From: Ranitomeya imitator
Lineage: Eukaryota
Length of the DNA: 64,000 bases
Reading direction: 5' to 3'
Assembly (NCBI RefSeq): GCF_032444005.1
Contig: NC_091285.1
Span: 13,082,001-13,146,000 of the forward strand
Every line of letters begins with the position of its first letter. Positions within the stretch are counted from its first letter, which is position 1. The notes under the pieces were generated by a model. That model worked only from the letters and a program-made list of their open reading frames with translations, did no database searches and was not told the origin of the DNA. Both the position numbers and the translations under genes were made by a program. Positions 46,140 to 62,854 of this stretch are shown here, one piece after another.

Positions 46140-48830
46140 GTGACAGCACCCCTTGCCTCTGTGCCGTCTCGATGGGAGGGTCTGAGAAAACTGTCCCAGA
46201 ACTTTACCATTGTTCCCCTGCCTGAGCTGGATTGCACTTCTGTCTCTCTCGCTTGGACTCCTTGGTTATACAACAATCTCTGACGTCTGCTGCCAGCGTT
46301 CTCACATGGGAATTTTCTAAGTAATTCCGCTACAAGGGCCCTCTGGTACTGCAACATTTTAGTACACCTCTCTGCCTCTAGTAGAAGAGATTGAAAGTTC
46401 TCATTGTAACGAGGGTCTAGAAGTGTCACCAACCAGTAATGAGTAGTGTTGAGCGATACCGTCCGATACTTGAAAGTATCGGTATCGGATAGTATCGGCC
46501 GATACCCGAAAAATATCGGATATCGCCGATACCGATATCCGATACCAATACAAGTCAATGGGACATCAAGTATCGGAATGTATCCTCATGGATCCCAGGG
46601 TCTGAAGGAGAGGAAACTCTCCTTCAGGCCCTGGGATCCATATTAAAGTGTAAAATAAAGAATTAAAATAAAAAATATTGTTATATTCACCTCTCCGGCG
46701 GCCCCTGGACATCAGCGGGAGGATCCGGCGTCCGGCACGGCTTCTTTCTTCAAAATGCGCGCCTTCAGGACCTGTGGAATGACGTCCCGGCTTCTGATTG
46801 GTCGCGTGCCGCCCATGTGACCGCCACGCGACCAATCAGAAGCCGCGACGTCATTCCTCAGGTCCTAGAAGGCGCTCATTCTAGGACTTTAGCTGAGGAA
46901 TGACGTCGCGGCTTCTGATTGGTCGCGTGGCGGTCACATGGGCGGCACGCGACCAATCAGAAGCCGGGACGTCATTCCACAGGTCCTGAAGGCGCGCATT
47001 TTGAAGAAAGAAGCCGTGCCGGACGCCGGATCCTCCCGCTGATGTCCAGGGGCCGCCGGAGAGGTGAATATAACAATATTTTTTATTTTAATTCTTTATT
47101 TTACACTTCCGATACCGATACCCGATATCACAAAAATATCGGATCTCGGTATCGGAATTCCGATACCGCAAGTATCGGCCGATACCCGATACTTGCGGTA
47201 TCGGAATGCTCAACACTAGTAATGAGTGTCACACAAAATTTTTATAATGCGAGGGTCACATGAAAAGCAGCGCAACATAAAGTCAGCCATGCGTGGCAGC
47301 CTGCTAACAGGCAAGACATCCATGTCCTCACCAAAAGGATGACTGACCATGCTGTCCTCCTCCTCCCTGTCCTCAGGCCATCCCTGATGGACAAACGGTA
47401 TGACAGCTGTGTTTGAAGTACCATCTATAGCGCATGAAAGTAGCTCCTTTTCGTCCTCATTGACTACCAATCCATGATGAGAAGACATGAGGCTGGGCTG
47501 AGTGTAATCCCCCTGTATGGTTCCTTGCTCCATGTCCTCGTGCTCTGTCTGCAATGCATCCTCTTTAATTGTGAGCAGAGAGGTTTTCATAATGCTGAGA
47601 AGCGGGATGGTGACGCTAATTATGGTGCCATCGCCGCTTACCATCTTGGTGCAGTCCTCAAAGTTTTGGAGGATGGTACATATTTCGGACATCCATGTCC
47701 AATCCTGAGGCCTTATGTGTGGAGTCTGAACCGAATATCGATGGCTTTGTTGATGTTGGTAGTCAACAACTGCCCTCTTCTGCTCACAAAGCCTTTCCAA
47801 CATAAGCAGCGCCAGCGCAGAGTTCTAGCGTGTGGGGACATCACACACCAGCCGGTGAGCTGGAAGCTGCAAACGCTGCTGAAGCGCAGCAAAGACCGCT
47901 AAAGCTGTAGCTGACTTTCTAAAATGGGCAGACAGATGGTGTACTTTCACAAGCAGATCCGGCAGCTCCGGGTAGCTTTTCAGAAAACGTTGAACCACAA
48001 GGTTAAGCACATGGGCCAAGCAAGGTACGTGTGTGAGCTCACCTTGCCTCAGAGCCGCCACCAGGTTATGGCCATTGTAACACACGACCATGCCTGGCTG
48101 TAAGTTCAGCGGTGTCATCCAAACATCTGACTGCTCTTTCAGCGCTGTTCCCAACTCTTCTGCATTACGCGGTTTGTCACCTATGCAGATTAGCTTCAGC
48201 ACAGCCTGTTGCCACTTGGCTGAGGCAGTGCTGCAGTGCTTCCAGCTTGTGACTGATGTGTTGATTTCAAACATGGAGGATGAAGAGGAGGATGTGCAGG
48301 AGCTGTAGACTGTGGGGGCAACCCTGATTGACGTAGGGCCAGCAATCCTCAGCGTGAGATGTGTTCCATCCCAATGTCCGACTGGGTCCCGGCTTCCAAT
48401 ATATTAACCCAGTGTGCCGTCAGTGAGAGGTACCGTTCCTGCCCACAAACACTTGTCCATGTGTCCGTGGTTAGGTGGACTTTCACTGTAACAGCATTGT
48501 TGAGGGCACGGGTAATGTTGTGGGACACATGCTGGTGTAATGCCGGTACAGCACACCGGGAGAAATAGTGGCGACTGGGGACCGAGTACCTTGGGACGGC
48601 TGCCACCATCAGGTTGCGGAAACCTTCCGTCTCAACGAGCCTAAAAGGCAGCATTTCTAGCGCAAGCAGAAGAAAAATATTAAAATTGAGGACTGTGGCC
48701 TGTGGGGCATTGGTGGGGTATTTCCGCATGCGTTCCAAAGACTGGGTTATAGAGAACTGAAGGCTGTGCTCGGACAAGGACGGGCTTGCTGATGGTGCTG
48801 CTTGACTGTGGGCCACAACAGGTGCAGGGC
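46140..48830 (-). pseudogene. Fragmented hAT (ZBED/Ac-like) transposase
   Basis: Minus ORFs contain MLPFRLVE, HLTTDTWTS, VVCYNG (the D of the usual DN motif replaced by Y), CLAHVLNL, DVPTR and LLDPRY. Multiple frameshifts and a MITE insertion. Confidence 0.88.
46444..47218. mobile_element. hAT-type MITE (TAGTGTTGAGC family)
   Basis: TIRs plus 8-bp TSD GTAATGAG. Confidence 0.92.
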
Positions 48831-48869
48831 TAGAGGCATCTTCACATGAACAGTGTACTGGGGATTGGC

Positions 48870-50290
48870 TATATTCCTAGATCCGAATCTCTTATTTATT
48901 TTCATATGTCCAAAAAATTAAGTGTGACACTTCAAAGTTCATGAACCAAGATAATCTAACATGGTGGACCACCACTAGATGAGAAGTGATTTCAACTACG
49001 ATAAAATAAAGAATAATTTTATTAAATATCAATATATAAAAAGACGGGCAATAAAAACCTCCAAAAAGAGGGGAGAGTCAAACAGCCAATAATGCAAAAG
49101 TAAAAAATGCTGAGGGGAGGCTACCTGATGTGAATCTGAAGAGGACAGTGTGAGCTTAGATGGTAGTAATATTCATAGCAAGCAGAAAATGTATAATACA
49201 TTTGCACTGAAGTTGCAATAAACTGATGCAAGGCTGCTATGTAGTATACCACAGCACTAACCTAGAAGGTAATAAACCCCACAATGGCTCAATAAAGTAG
49301 AATTATATCAGTATGCCAGTGTAGTCAGAAATGCTCTGCACAGGTGCCACACTAAGAACCACCTCCTCTTTTATTATTTTATATATATTATTTAATAAAA
49401 AAATATTTTTTTTTAAATGGAGTTGGAATAACTTCTCATCTAATTGTGAGCCACCATATTAGATTGTTGGTTCCTGAATCTCACATTATCAGACCGGTGA
49501 AGCCAGATTTGTGATTATAACATTCTGGTGGTAAATTCAAAATCTCCAACAGTTCTGTCCTCGGCTCACATCTGAGGGGGAGAGGCTGGTGATCATTCTG
49601 TGCTGGGATGGTTGCAGTCTGTGGGATCTGGAAACATCGGGTACTAAAGGGTTAACGTTAAGTGTCTGAAGGGGAAGTGATCCTGTGCTGCCCATGGGCG
49701 GAGCCATAGCCTTACTGAGTGCTGATTGGCTGACACTGAATATGAAATTTCCGCACAAAGGCTGATAGATTTCCTGCTCTTTGTGCTCAGTGTATTAGTG
49801 TAACACATGGTGGCGGCTCCTACCAGACTGAGTAAATCAGGTATATTCCTCAAAACATGACTATTATAATGTTGGGGTGTGTGCAACACTATATTGCATG
49901 TATGTGGATATTTCACACCCCCTGTCCAAGGCCATCTGCCTGGTGTGGTTATGTTCCCCATACCCCTGAGTATAATGCAGAATCTCGGCCATATATTAAA
50001 TCTGTACGTTCAGAACATTCACAGTACAACCATATAGAAAAAAAAACCCTGCTATTATTTATATTCATTAACACCCCAATTATAATAAATAAAGGTGGTA
50101 GGGGGTCATAAGCAACAACATATTAGATCAGCTGGGTGTAGCAAATGGTTAAGTCACTAATAAGAAATAATCTTAAGGGAGACAATGTCTAACCCTTAGT
50201 GGTCCTTCCTGACAGTGGAGGCTGGCACCCTAGTGATACGATATGGCGGTGCCGCTAAATGCTAGCTATCCATACCCGACCCTCACTGGA
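48870..50290 (+). repeat. Segmental duplicate of 31072-32510 with promoter module and exon 1 at 49807-49840
   Basis: Colinear similarity; exon encodes MVAAPTRLSKS with G|gtatat donor. Confidence 0.85.
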
Positions 50291-50445
50291 CTAACCTAAA
50301 ATGCCTTCAATACCCAAATATAATGCTAAAGTGATAAACGTGTCTGGCTGGGTAGTTTTGATCCAAAAATATCAGCCTAATGTTTGTAATAGATGGCTCA
50401 AGTGTAAGTCTGGAGTTTGAGGAACCGAGATGGAATGGATTCTCA

Positions 50446-50792
50446 GGCTATGTGCACACATTCAGGAATTCATGCAGAAAATTCCTGTGGAAATCTGGAC
50501 ATTTCTGCCAGATTTCCGCATGAAATCTGCATGCGTTTTTTTGTGCGGTTTTTGCCCGGACATTTCCCAATGCATTAGACAGTGGGAAATCCGCGAAAAA
50601 AATGCAAAATTAATGAACAGGTTCATTATTTTTCCATAATGCGTTTTTCATAGGGAAAAACGCACATCATGTGCACAGAAATTGCGGATTCCATTATAAA
50701 TGATGGGATGCTTAATGTATGCAGATTATTTGCGGTTTTATAGCTCAAAAACGCTAAAAAAAGCAAATAATCTGCAACGTGTGCACATAGCC
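50446..50792. mobile_element. Harbinger-like MITE
   Basis: TIR ggctatgtgcacac...gtgtgcacatagcc; 3-bp TSD TCA. Confidence 0.8.
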
Positions 50793-51440
50793 TCAATGTT
50801 CCATCTGCACTGCAGTAAACAGGAGGATAAAGTAGGTAAGATACAGAGAGCATCAGATTAGAGCTGCAAGATTATCAGCCATGGAGTGTTAACCATAAAA
50901 CCAGATTTAGCCATAGTAAGGTTCATACAGAAAAACAAAACTTGACCATAGAGTGTTAATATAGAACGAGGATCCAGCATATCGATAGTGTAAAATAGCC
51001 GTATAGACAGCACCATAATGGGGTTCATATTAGACAGATACAGCAGACCATAACACTATCAATCTCAATGTCTTAAATTGTGTGTACCAAATCGAATTAG
51101 ATGGAAACTGGCTACAGAAACCAATAATCAAATAGTATAGAAATGTTCTCATCTTTGGATTCAGCACCCTATTCCCCTTGCATATAAAAAGGGGTTTATC
51201 GGGATATATTTCAAGTAAAGCACAGGGCAGCATGTGTCAGAATAGAACGCTGTGTGCGTTTAGCAAGTCTGGATCCTTTGTAGGCAATTTGGCCGGCGTC
51301 AAACCAGAAATTGGCTTAATTCATTGCTGGAATAAACAGAAAATCATGCTAGAGATCAGCGGCGTCAGCTCTTGTGGTGACGATGTGGGTGGCTCTTAAA
51401 AGAGCCTTTGGGTTGTGTAGATAGATAGGATCAGTGTCGC

Positions 51441-52557
<1,117 letters not shown>

Positions 52558-53379
52558 TCTGCTCCGTGCTCTGCACCCACAACCCAAAGGCTCTTCTAAG
52601 AGCCACCCACCCCGTCTACATCAGAGCTGTGGCTGCATGTCTGTGTCCTGCTGCACTGACCGGCATTGTAAAGGATGACCTGCAAAATATATTACAGAGA
52701 ATATACTCTACCACCAGCCTGGATATGTGGCATGAAAGAGAGGGCAGAGATGAGGATCACCTGGAGGCACCGAGCATGTGGAACTGGGGAAAGTGAGCAG
52801 CCATTGACACTGCTGGATAGTTCGGGTGGTGGGGCAAAGTGAAATGGGGGAAAGAGAATGAATTCTATTTTGTCTATGTTCAGTTTTAGAAAGCGAGCAG
52901 AAAAGAATGAAACAGCGGATAGACACTGTGGGATTTTAGTAAGGAGGTGATGTCGGGGCGAGATGGGTAGATCTGTGTGTCATCGGCGTAGAGATGATAC
53001 TGCAAACTGGGATTCTATGAGCTGTGCCAGGCTTATATCCTCTTCATGTGATCATGTTTTATCATCATGTCGTCATGTCTTTATAGTCAACAAAGTATTA
53101 CATACTGTATCTGATTTCTTTGAACACTTTCTTTGGTTGTGATCTATTTCTAGGGCTGAATCTCATTGTCCCTAATGGAGAAGCCGATCATTTGTCTATC
53201 ACAAGAGATACATGAGCAAAGAACAGTATGGAGGTATAAAGCGCTATATGGGGGTATATGGCACTACATGGAGGAATACAGGAGTGTATTCAGCAGGGTA
53301 TATAGCACCATGTGGGGGTTTACAGCAGGATATGAAGGGTATATTATAACACTATGTGGGGGTATACAGCAGGATATAA

Positions 53380-54110
53380 CCCTTTGCTCCCCTGACCAGT
53401 GATGATTCCAGTGATTTCTCTCGGTCTCACGCCGCCATTGTTCCGAGCAGGAGGTCACCGGGGAGGACTCAGGTCTGTGACTAGATGTAACGTCCTCGCG
53501 ATAAAAGCGGGAAAATGACAGGAAAAAGTGCGGGAAATTCAAAATCCCCAACAGTTCTGTGCTCCGCCCACATGTGAGGAGAAGCCGCGGCTCCTGCTGC
53601 TGGGGGAGGGGCTGGTGATCGCCCGGTGCCCGGATGGCTGCAGTCTGCTCTGCGGGAGCTGGAAACATCGGGCACTAAAGGGTTAATAATAATAATAATA
53701 ATAATAATTTTTATTTATATAGCGCCAACATATTCCGCAGCGCTTTACAAATTATAGAGGGGACTTGTACATACAATAGACATTACAGCATAACAGAAAT
53801 ACAGTTCAAAACAGATACCAAGAGGAGTGAGGGCCCTGCTCGTAAGCTTACAAACTATGAGGAAAAGGGGAGACACGAGAGGTGGATGGTAACAATTGCT
53901 ATAGTTATTCGGACCAGACACCAAGTGTCTGCTGGGAAGTGACCCAGTGGGCGGAGCAATAGTCCTACTGAGTGCTGATTGGCTGAGCACTGAACATGAA
54001 ATTCCCGCCCAACGGCTGGTAGTTTCTTTCCTCTTTGTTCTGGAATCTCCTCAGTGTGACACGTGGTGTCATGGCGGCGGCTGCTGTGAGGCTGAGTGGA
54101 TCTGGTAGGC
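53380..54110. promoter_or_regulatory. Bidirectional promoter module (split by a SINE-tail insertion at about 53686-53915) with exon 1 at 54071-54104
   Basis: Near-identical to 43530-44010. Minus ATG at 53438; plus exon encodes MAAAAVRLSGS with G|gtaggc donor. Confidence 0.68.
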
Positions 54111-54593
54111 AGGATATGGAGTAATACAGGAGTATATTCAGCACACACAGGACTATGTCTATGGGGGTGGGTTTACCATAATACATGGGGCACAGAATAG
54201 GATATGGAGGAGTTAGAGATGTATATAGCAGGATGTGGGGGGTAATTCAACAATATGGCGATTATACTTCAGTATATGGTCAGCGCTATATGGAGGGTAA
54301 ACATTATGGTCGCAGTGTAAGAAATCAGCACTATATGGGCTTATAAAGCATTGCATGGATGCCATATGGCAGCACTTGGGCATAAACTACTACATGGCAA
54401 CATACAGCTCATGATGGGGAGTGGGAGGCAGTGGTATATGGGGGCTGTATATATTTGGATATCTCCCCTATATACACCACACTGTGCCTTCACATGGGAT
54501 GTGAGGACAGAGCAGCAATATAGGGTCATGCTGCAGTGCACTAGTGCGACCACCAGGACCCTCATCTGCCCACAATACTCCTCTGTCAGCTTA

Positions 54594-55190
54594 GGCTGGT
54601 TTAACGCATGCCTTTGAAAAAAAAAAAAACGGATGCTGCAAACGCTGCGTTTTTTTAGACGCATGCGTTTTTGCATGTGGTGTAAAAAACGTGGCGTTTT
54701 GACGTGTTTCCATGCGTTTGCGTTTTTTAAACGCATGCTGAGAAATGTGTGACAGCTGCCAATCATCTAAATAAAGTGAAAAAAACACTAGACAAATAGC
54801 TAAGGTTAGGGGTAGGGATCGTAACCCTACCCATAAAGGGACCCTAACCCCTTTAGGGTTAGGATCCCTGTATCACCTTTATGGTGGGGGGTGGCATATC
54901 AGTGTGTTTTCTGGTTTTTTAATATAAAAACACTTGCATTTCCATTGACTCCAATGTATTTTTTGGCCCCCAAAAAACGCATGAAAACGCATGCGTTTTT
55001 TTTTAGTCCAAAAAAATCCCTCAAAAATACTACAAGTTGCATTTTTGAAAATGGACGCATGCAGTAAAAAACGCGACCAAACGCGTACAAAAAAAATGCA
55101 CGCGTTTTCAATGTTAAATATAGGGGAAAAAAAGCATGCGTTTTTTGTGTGCAAAAAACACTGCAGACAGACGCAAGTGTGAAACCACCC
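54594..55190. mobile_element. Harbinger-like MITE
   Basis: ggctggttt...aaaccaccc ends, TTA TSD, internal palindromes. Confidence 0.7.
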
Positions 55191-55436
55191 TTACTGTGGG
55201 TCTATTACCTTATACTAAAAGACGTTTAGTTTGGGGAGAGACAGGGTACATATTCTAATCTTGGCTCTTATTAACTCAACCACACAAAATGTCTTCAGTG
55301 CCACCATGGTGAATCTTATTTGTGCTGTCAGGTTGTGATCCCAAAAGCATCTATTGCACCCATCTGCACACAGTCAAGTTATATTCAGCAGAACCACACC
55401 GAATAAAGGAAGACAAAGACCTAGCCACAGCTCTGA

Positions 55437-56591
<1,155 letters not shown>

Positions 56592-57214
56592 GCGACACTG
56601 ACCCCGTATCACCCACACAACCCAAAGGCTCTTCTAAGAGCCACCCACACCGTCACCACAAGAGCTGACACCGCTGATCTGTTATATTGTAGAGATTCTG
56701 TATTACATCAGAGTATACAAGAGCTGTAGTTGCACCCGGCAGTGGGTATAATCCTGTCACTACTTGGTTGGTACAGTGGGACTGATGGTTTATAACCTGC
56801 TGTGACTGGCACTTACTGGTCCGGTATCAGGCCTTATACCATCCTCTCCCACAACCTCCATGTCATGTAATGCGAGGTGCTGAGTAATAAACCCACAGTA
56901 AGGAGACCACGCATTCATATTTATGACCTGTGATGGGCACTGTGCATTAGATGAGTATTGTGGGCAGATGCTGCTTCTGGTGATGGCATTAGTGCACTGC
57001 AGTATGACCCTATGTTCCTGCACCGTCCTCACATCCCATGTGGCTGCACAGTATGGTGTATATGGGGGAGATATCCAAATACATACATATCCCATATTGT
57101 GCTGTATTCTACCATGTAATGCTATGTACCTCTGTCTAGGGCCCATATGCCAAGATAGACTGAATTCCTGTATATGATGCTGTCTATGACCAAATAGTGC
57201 AATATACCCTACAT

Positions 57215-57475
57215 AAAAAATATTTATTTTTATATAGCGCTAACATATTCCGCAGCACTTTAGTTTGCACACATTATCATCGCTGTTCCCATTAGGGCTC
57301 ACAATCTAAATTCCCTACCAGTATGTCTTTGGAATGTGGGAGGAAACCGGAGAACCCGGAGGAAACCAACACAAAAACGGGAGAACCTACAAACTCCTTG
57401 CAGATGTTGTCCTTGGTTTGATTTGAACCCAGGACTCCAGCCCTGCAAGGCTGCACTAACCACTGAGACAATGTG
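57215..57475 (-). mobile_element. V-SINE-like tRNA-derived SINE
   Basis: Minus strand: ctcagtggttag (A box-like), ggttcaaatc (B box), ggtttcctccgggttctccggtttcctcccac central domain, L2-like tail with A-rich end. Confidence 0.8.
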
Positions 57476-59074
57476 CTGCCCTTCACATAAGCTGCTGTGT
57501 ACCACCATATGGTGCAATATACCCTCCATATCCTGCTATGTACCCCCATAGAGCGCCGTGTACCTGTAAATAATTACGTAGATGCAACAGCATATAAGAT
57601 GGGGACACAGCGGTAACGTAAGCATCAAAAATTTGATGAACCCAAGATTAAGTGGAGTCCAAGGCACAATATAAAGAATTAAAGGAAACGGTGGAAGGAC
57701 ACTGTATACAATACATCAAAACAGGAATACAGAGTAACACAATTCTAAACACACATTATTGTTCTATTATTTAAAATTATCAAAAATATTGTCAGTGATG
57801 TCTTGGTCTTACCTAACATCTTAACCTGTGGTGCGTCACTATCTGGCCCATCACTATTACTAGTAGAGGCCTATGATACCACGCTAATCGGCAGTAAATC
57901 ACTTATCGAGTCACTTTGCACAAACGCCACTCTAGCCGCCTTCGTCCCCTGAAGCACGTCCCCGTTTGCCTGTATACCATATGTCTACTCTGGAAGTCAC
58001 AGCTCAAACAAGCATAGCTCTTTAATGACCTGGTCGTCTGGCTCTGCTCCCTCAGTTTGGATCTCTTGCTTCCGATTCTGGTTGCTTCACTCTTCACTTG
58101 ATTTGGCTCCCGTTCAGGTATAGGTGCAGGTGCCGACTCCTCCCCTTCACTGTACTCCTGGGCCTTTTATAATTATGAACTGCACCACTTCTGTCAGGTG
58201 ACCTGGTGTCTCTTCCAATCTCTTCCCCTCAGGAATCAGGTACTTCGTTATGCAGTTCCTGCTGATGTAATACTTTTCACTTTTTCTTGTCCAACAATCT
58301 TTGGTCAGTAGATGACGGTGGATATACATTAACCCCTTAAGGACTGAGCCACTTTGTACATTAATGACCTAGCCTCTTTTTCCAAATCTGACCGGTGTCA
58401 CTTTATGTAGAAATAACTCTGAAAATCTTTAATCTATCCCAGTGATTCTGTTTTTTTCGTGACATATTGTACTTCATGGTAGTTGTAAATCTTGGTATTA
58501 TGATATTATTTGCGGTTTATTTATGAAAATATTGAAACTTTTTGAAAACATTTGAATATTTCACATTTTTCAAACTTTGAATTTGAGGTCACCTTCAGTA
58601 GCTGTTACAGACACGTGTCACATCTTGTTCAATTTCCACATTACAGTCAATATCTCTAGTATCCTTTTCTACACAATCATTCTTGTATTTTTCTGACACA
58701 AACTTGTGAAATACATCAATTAACTGTAAAATATTGTTCAATTTCTCTTATATTTTAATAAAGGACAGCAGCTTAGAATCTAACTTTAGATTTTCCATTT
58801 CACATTCTGCATTTAATATGAGACATAAAACTTCTAAGTTAGACTCATCTAAAGACATAAATCTCAGTCTATTTTTCTTAGGAAAATAAGTAATTACATT
58901 ATTTTTTCTTACTTTGAAATATCTCAACTCGTAGTTCCTTTGTTAGACTACTATTGTTTCTGGTCATCACACGCCTATCTTCAGCATTGGCACTTGTAAA
59001 TCCATATGGCTCCTTAGTCCTCATCAGAAAATTCTACATTTACCAAACAACGCAGAAACTTGATGCCTTATTAA

Positions 59075-59769
59075 TAGTGTTGAGCGATACCGTCCGATAC
59101 CCGATACCAATACAAGTCAATGGGACACCAAGTATCGGAAGGTATCCTGATGGTTCCCAGGGTCTGAAGGAGAGGAAACTCTCCTTCAGGCCCTGGGATC
59201 CATATTAATGTGTAAAATAAAGAATTAAAATAAAAAATATTGATATACTTACCTCTCAGCAGGCCCCTGGACATCACCGCTGGTAACCGGCAGCCTTCTT
59301 TGCTTAAAATGAGCGCGTTTAGGGCCTTTCATGACGTCACGGCTTCTGATTGGTCGCATGCCGCTCATGTGACCGCCACGCGACCAATCACAAGCCGTGA
59401 CGTCATTCTCCGGTCCTAAATTCCTAGAATGAGGAGTTTAGGGCCTGAGAATGACGTCGCGGCTTGTGATTGTTCGCGTGGCGGTCACATGAGCGGAACG
59501 CGACCAATCAGAAGCCGTGACGTCATGGACGGCCCTAAACGCGCTCATTTTAAGCAAAGAAGGCTGCCGGTTACCAGCGGTGATGTCCAGGGGCCTTCGG
59601 AGAGGTGAGTATATCAATATTTTTTATTTTAATTCTTTATTTTACACATTAATATGGATCCGATACCGATTCCCGATACCACAAAAGTATAGGAACTCGG
59701 CATCGGAATTCCGATACCGCAAGTATCGGCCGATACCCGATACTTGCGGTATCGGAATGCTCAACACTA
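59075..59769. mobile_element. hAT-type MITE (TAGTGTTGAGC family)
   Basis: TIRs plus 8-bp TSD CTTATTAA. Confidence 0.92.
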
Positions 59770-61259
59770 CTTATTAATCTTGAGTCATTTCTCCCTCTTG
59801 AAGCTTCGAAGATGGGTTTCATAAGGCTCGCCATTGTTAAATATACTTATTTTGTACATTTATTTATTCAGCACTCTTTACCAGATGCGATACTCCAAAG
59901 AAAATGTCACAATGTTTCTTATACAAAAATGTAGTGGTTTATTGGATTGTCCACCAAAAGGAGTCATTGCAGCAAAACATAAAATAGGTGAAGTAGTTAC
60001 AAGAGATTGTCCATTTGTCCATATGGCGTTACCATCGACCCTGAGCTAAATGAACAGAAATAACACGTGAAATGTCAGCTACACCTTACAGGAGGCATTG
60101 TACCCAGTACAAAATTGAAAGTAAAAATGAATACCCATGAAAATGGAGTCTGTCCATTTTATACAGATTCCACCAAAATGGACACCGACTGCACAGCCCT
60201 AATAATAATATAAATAATCATTTTATATAGCACTTCTCAATTCAATGGGGTCATATATGGAGCACCCACTAGGACCGTGGGGTACTCGGACTGGGTCTGG
60301 CGGTACATAAAGGGGTGGTCACAGAAGCAGTGACCCAGTCCGTAGCCCTGGGCATCCAATTAAAGCGGATGATGTGTAGTGGGAAATAAAGTCTATGTGG
60401 AAATGTTCGTGCTGCCACCTGTGGTACTCAGCCAGGGATGGCCGATGCTGCGTAAAGGGGACCACTGGGGCTGATGGTGTTGCAGCAAAGTTGGTAAAGC
60501 TCCCCACAGGTAGAGCTTAGTCCCCAGGGCTACCGGTACAGTTGAAAGGGATGATTAACGGTGGGGTGCAGTAAATGATTTGAGGACAAAAGGGTTGCAG
60601 TTTCCTTTACCTTTTAGTGGTGAATTGCAGGTGCAGTCTGGGTCACTGGTAACAGGTGTTGATGGGGTCCGGCCAGCCTGAAATTAACTTGGGATCCACC
60701 TAGCCAGGTGGGTTCAGAGGCCTTCCTTTTGCGCTGTATTTTCTGTCCCTTACTGCCTGAAGTTCTGCACAAGTTCATCTCAGTGTCTGTTACTTCTAAG
60801 GCCTCTTTCACACTTACGTCTTTGAGCTCCCATCGAAATCCGTTGATTCTTGAAAAAACAGGATCCAGCAAATTTTTCTGCTGGATCCTGTTTTTTCTCA
60901 TAGACTTATATTAGCGACAGATTGAGGAGGATTTTTTTTCTTTTCGGGGGATGATTTTTACCTGCAGCGTCGTGGGACAGCCATGGGGTCCAATGTGGCC
61001 CCTACTTATGCTAACATCTACATGGATGTCCTAGAGGGTGAGCATGTGTACAGTTCCACCTACTGGTGCCATGTTAGGGGCTGGTGGCATTACATTGACG
61101 ACATCTTCCTTTTATGGGATGGTAGCAGGGTGGAGTTGGATGCTTTCCATCAATTTCTGAATGTAATTTTTCCTGAACTTTGGTTCACCATGGATTGCTC
61201 GCAGGAGAGGATGCAATTTTTGGATACATCTGTATATAAGAAAGATGGGTCCTATATAC

Positions 61260-61421
61260 CAGGGGTCCCCAACTCCAGTCCTCAAGGCCCACCAACAGGT
61301 CATGTTTTCAGGATTTCCTTAGTCTTGCCCAGGTAATAATTGCATCACCTGTGCAATGCAAAGGAAATCCTGAAAACATGACCTGTTGGTGGGCCTTGAG
61401 GACTGGAGTTGGGGACCCCTG
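61260..61421. mobile_element. Palindromic hAT MITE inside the Penelope RT
   Basis: TIR caggggtcccc...ggggacccctg; 8-bp TSD CTATATAC. Related to 32741-32923. Confidence 0.9.
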
Positions 61422-62812
61422 CTATATACGGACCTCTTTGTTACGAGCACAGACAGGAATAATCTGATGCACTTCTCCAGCGAGCATCCAAGGAAAATGG
61501 TAGAGTCCTTACCCTGGAGTCAGATGTTGAGGTTAAAAAGGGTGGTCTCATGCGAGACCCAGGTTGACAAATGTTTGGATGAGATGTGCAAAACGTTTTT
61601 GGCTAGGGTTTTTGGCTACCCTAGAGCTGATTTGGTAGAGTTTAAGAGGAGGGCTTTGTAAACTTGTAGGGATGATCTTTTGGTACCTAAAACACCAGTT
61701 GTGTCTAGCAAAAGGATACTGTTTGTTACATCCTTCAACAGCATGAGCAGTAGGGTCTCTGGGATCATCAGGAGACACTGGTCATTGCTGGAGAAGAGTC
61801 ATGCAAATATTGAAGAGTTCAAATCACCACCACTCTTTTCCTATAGAAGAAACAGAAATTTGAAGGATGTATTGGTTCCCTCGGCCATCAGCAGCTCTAA
61901 AAGAAGTATACAGACGACATTCAGCCGGCCAAGCCTTGGTAACTTTCCCTGTCTTGGTCGTGCTTGTTGTAATAACATGCTAAAAGGTGGGCATTTTTTT
62001 CACCCTAATACAGGTAGGATGTATGATATCTCTAAACGTTATACATGCTCTAGCAGTTAGGTGGTGTACATCTTGAGCTGTCCATGTGGTCTCTTCTATG
62101 TGGGAGAGACCACAATGGAGGTGAAGGCAAGAATTAGCAAGCATAAAAGCACAATCAGGACAGGGATGGTGGACCTCCCGATACCGAAACATTTTAAGGA
62201 GCTGAGACACTCTGTAAACCTGTTACGGTTCAGAGTCATTGATGATGTGCCGGTCCTAAGACGGGGAGGGGGTAGAGTTGCTCTCTTGAACGAAAAAGAA
62301 CTGAAATGGATTTTTGAATTGGATACCCTGAGGCCTAGGGGTATGAATGTGGACTATAATCAGGGTTGCCTACTATAAGGAATTGATGGGCTGAAGGCTT
62401 TGGGATTCCTCACTGATTAGAATATGCACCTCCCATGTTGTGTCATCCTGTGTTTGGATAAATGATTCTGAGTGGAAGGAGCTTGCCTTGTCTGGATAGG
62501 TGCGGTGCCCAATGACTTCTGGATGCTGGGGCATGCGCAGATGGAAGGAGGACTGCTAATGTTTACACACGTTCTCTATGGGGACATGTGTCTGCAGTCA
62601 TCATGTTCATGTGTTTGTATATTAGCGATCGGGGTTGATGTATTTTCTGGCGATGTGTTAGTGGGCAGTTTGGGGAAATATGGGGCTATTTTTAACTGTT
62701 GAATGTCTGTATATGTATGGAGGCATACTGTGTTCAGTTTTCATTGGTGCATGTGTACAGAAAGTGTGGGGAGGGGTTTGCACTATATAGTTTGGGTTGA
62801 AACACTCCTGTA

Positions 62813-62854
62813 CTGTGCTTGAAAAAGATCTGTTGGATCGAAACGTTGCCACAG
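62813..62854 (+). ncRNA. Minimal hammerhead-like fold in the Penelope 3' region
   Basis: ctgtg-CTTGAAAAA-gatc[tgttg]gatc-GAA-ACGT-t-gc-cacag: stems I and II formed, palindromic stem III, variant core. Confidence 0.5.

Noticed and set aside
54780-54870. Telomere-like ttaggg/ccctaa units
   Set aside because: Few degenerate units inside a MITE; not an interstitial telomere array.
57410-57470. tRNA gene
   Set aside because: A/B boxes belong to the SINE head; no complete cloverleaf.
60257-60790. Possible LTR fragment
   Set aside because: The start resembles the 18439 LTR, but no matching end or TSD could be confirmed.
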